This document shows positions 62,424 through 64,000 of a stretch of DNA of 64,000 nt, in pieces. The notes under the pieces are model-generated. The model had not been told where the DNA came from. It searched no databases and was given only the letters and a program-made list of their open reading frames with translations. The stretch spans positions 2,575 through 66,574 of the forward strand of contig WJMN01000025.1 in the NCBI GenBank assembly GCA_014727925.1. The letters are read 5' to 3'. This stretch comes from Candidatus Micrarchaeota archaeon (lineage in GTDB: Archaea > Micrarchaeota > Micrarchaeia > Anstonellales > Bilamarchaeaceae). Every line of letters starts with the position of its first letter. Position 1 is the stretch's first letter. A program made the position numbers and the translations under genes.

Positions 62424-63374
62424 ATGTACTCAAAACCGATTATTTTTCTGGTTCTTGCGATGGCACTACTGCTCTTTGGATGCACCTCCCCTCAGGAGGA
62501 AAGCGGAAAGATGAAAGTAGTTGTTACACTCCTGCCGCAGGCGGAGTTTGCTGAAGAAGTCGTGGGGGACAACGCAGAAGTGATTGTAATGGTGCCTCCA
62601 GGGGCGAGCCCCCACAGCTATGAGCCCACCCCTTCACAACTTGAAGAAGTTGCGGGCTCCTCATTATATTTCAAAGTTGGGTCCGGAGTGGAATTTGAGA
62701 ACGCCTGGATGGAGGATATCCAGGGGGTTAACCCTGGCCTGGAAGTAATAGATTGCTCTAAGGGAATTGAACTAATCCCAATGGAAGAGCATGGGCACAA
62801 TGAACATGAAGAGCACGAAGAACATGGGGGAGAGGAACACGAAGAGGAGCATGAAGAAGAACATAATCATGCGCATACTGGCCTGGACCCGCACATCTGG
62901 AATTCTCCGAGGAATGCAAAAGTAATGGTAGAAAACATGTATAGTGCATTAGCCCAGGAGGATCCGGACAATGCCGCATATTACCGGGCAAACGCAGATG
63001 CGTACATCTCCCGCCTTGACCAGCTGGATTCACGCATAAGCACCACGCTGGAGGGGAGCAGGAACAAGGAATTCATAGTTTTCCATCCTGCATGGGGATA
63101 CTTTGCCCACGATTATGGGCTTGAGCAGATAGCGATAGAAGAGGCAGGAAAAGCGCCCACGGCCCAGAATATCCAGCATGTTGTGGATATGGCCAAAGAA
63201 CATGGGATTAAGGTTGTATTTGCCTCCCCCCAGTTCAGCACGTCTAGTGCCGAAACAGTGGCATCCGAGATAGGGGGGCAGGTGATCCTCATTGATCCAT
63301 TGGATAAAAATTACCTGGAGAACATGCAGAATGTGGCAGATGCATTTGCAGCAGCTGGGGGCGCCGCAAACTAA
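62424..63374 (+). CDS. znuA: ZnuA/TroA-family metal ABC transporter substrate-binding lipoprotein with a His/Glu-rich loop
   Basis: Lipobox LLLFGCTS. PGASPHSYEPTPSQ, DPHIW and HPAWGYF. The loop is EEHGHNEHEEHEEHGGEEHEEEHEEEHNHAH. Confidence 0.88.
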   Translation: MYSKPIIFLVLAMALLLFGCTSPQEESGKMKVVVTLLPQAEFAEEVVGDNAEVIVMVPPGASPHSYEPTPSQLEEVAGSSLYFKVGSGVEFENAWMEDIQGVNPGLEVIDCSKGIELIPMEEHGHNEHEEHEEHGGEEHEEEHEEEHNHAHTGLDPHIWNSPRNAKVMVENMYSALAQEDPDNAAYYRANADAYISRLDQLDSRISTTLEGSRNKEFIVFHPAWGYFAHDYGLEQIAIEEAGKAPTAQNIQHVVDMAKEHGIKVVFASPQFSTSSAETVASEIGGQVILIDPLDKNYLENMQNVADAFAAAGGAAN

Positions 63375-63406
63375 TCCTTTTTATTCTTTTTTGGGAAAGA
63401 GGTTCC

Positions 63407-64000
63407 ATGGAAGAAGTTGTTGAGCTGAAAAACGTTTCTTTCAGCTATGATTCAATACCTGTCCTACGCAATGTCAGCCTTAGCGTGAAAAAAGGGGATC
63501 TAATTGGGGTGATAGGCCCCAATGGAGGCGGCAAGACAACCCTGCTCAAAATCATTCTGGGGCTCCTCCGGCCCACAAAGGGGAATGCTTCAGTATTTGG
63601 AAAAACCCCAGAAGCAGGGAGGGGCAAAGTAGGCTATGTTCCCCAAATTGCCAACTTCGACAGAGAATTTCCGATAGATGTTCTGGGGGTGGTGCTCTCA
63701 GGAAAGCCAGGGAACATAAGCAGGCCAGGATGGACCTATAACCAGGAGGAAAAATCCAAAGCAATGAATGCACTGGAAACCGTAGGCATGAGAGGATACG
63801 CCAAGAGGCAGATTTCAAAATTATCCGGAGGCCAGATACAGAGGGTACTTCTGGCCCGTGCGCTTATGAGCGAGCCCAGGCTGCTGCTCCTAGACGAGCC
63901 GGTATCAAGCCTGGACCCGGATGCGCAAAAGAACTTTTATGAACTATTGGGAAGGCTGAAGGAAAAGATGGCAATAATGATAGTGACGCACGACCTTACT
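63407..64000 (+). CDS. znuC: metal ABC transporter ATP-binding protein (ZnuC-like), 3' end beyond the window
   Basis: My own translation gives Walker A GPNGGGKTT, signature LSGGQ and Walker B LLLLDEP. The frame is open to the window end and is not in the ORF track. Confidence 0.88.
   Translation, partial: MEEVVELKNVSFSYDSIPVLRNVSLSVKKGDLIGVIGPNGGGKTTLLKIILGLLRPTKGNASVFGKTPEAGRGKVGYVPQIANFDREFPIDVLGVVLSGKPGNISRPGWTYNQEEKSKAMNALETVGMRGYAKRQISKLSGGQIQRVLLARALMSEPRLLLLDEPVSSLDPDAQKNFYELLGRLKEKMAIMIVTHDLT

Noticed and set aside
1-64000. Search for CRISPR arrays, rRNA genes, transposases, integrases or obvious prophage or defence gene clusters
   Set aside because: No regularly spaced direct repeats, no rRNA-like stretches and no recognisable transposase, integrase or defence-gene translations were seen on either strand. 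The only tandem non-coding repeats are those next to tRNA-Ser.

Overview
This window is a gene-dense archaeal chromosomal segment. Starts and stops often overlap by 1-14 nt, and several TATA boxes lie about 25-28 nt upstream of start codons.

**Conserved core**
- The ribosomal-protein supercluster spans 13.1-29.7 kb: rpl3-rpl4-rpl23-rpl2-rps19-rpl22-rps3-rpl29-sui1-rnp1-rps17-rpl14-rpl24-rps4e-rpl5-rps14-rps8-rpl6-rpl32e-rpl19e-rpl18-rps5-rpl30-rpl15-secY-adk-DUF106-rpl34e-cmk-rpl14e-cbf5.
- The rps13-rps4-rps11-rpoD cluster spans 32.8-35.1 kb.

**Other recognisable genes**
- Energy and nucleotide metabolism: dcd (cut by the window edge), porGDAB, two divergent PurP paralogs.
- Translation and tRNA: aIF5B, deoxyhypusine synthase, Taw1/TYW1, CCA-adding enzyme, one tRNA-Ser(GGA).
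- DNA transactions: gyrB-gyrA, family-B DNA polymerase, Rad50.
- Regulation: a TrmB-like regulator and SixA.
- A metal/redox-flavoured stretch at 54-64 kb: DUF211, VIT1-like, ferritin-like, desulfoferrodoxin, form III-type RuBisCO, a CPA2 antiporter, a NikR-like regulator and znuA-znuC.

Several large secreted or membrane proteins with internal repeats have no recognisable family. I found no CRISPR array, rRNA, transposase or integrase.

The gene content (gyrase, type III RuBisCO, orphan PurP, compact layout, many repeat-rich surface proteins) suggests a small-genome uncultivated archaeon, possibly DPANN-like. That is inference only.

I found no clear multi-gene novel system such as a defence locus.

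**Most unusual observations**
1. tRNA-Ser is followed by two tandem partial self-copies. One folds into an acceptor/T-stem minihelix with a GNRA loop.
2. Lys/Glu/Pro-rich extensions occur on many ribosomal proteins.
3. A protein made of three tandem excisionase-like HTH repeats sits directly upstream of polB.
4. A 762-aa membrane protein has a Roadblock-like C-terminus.
5. Cys-rich repeat lipoproteins flank a DUF211-VIT-PepSY operon.
6. RuBisCO appears to be co-oriented in one unit with a NikR-like regulator and a cation antiporter.

All family calls come from reading the translations by eye. No database search was run.
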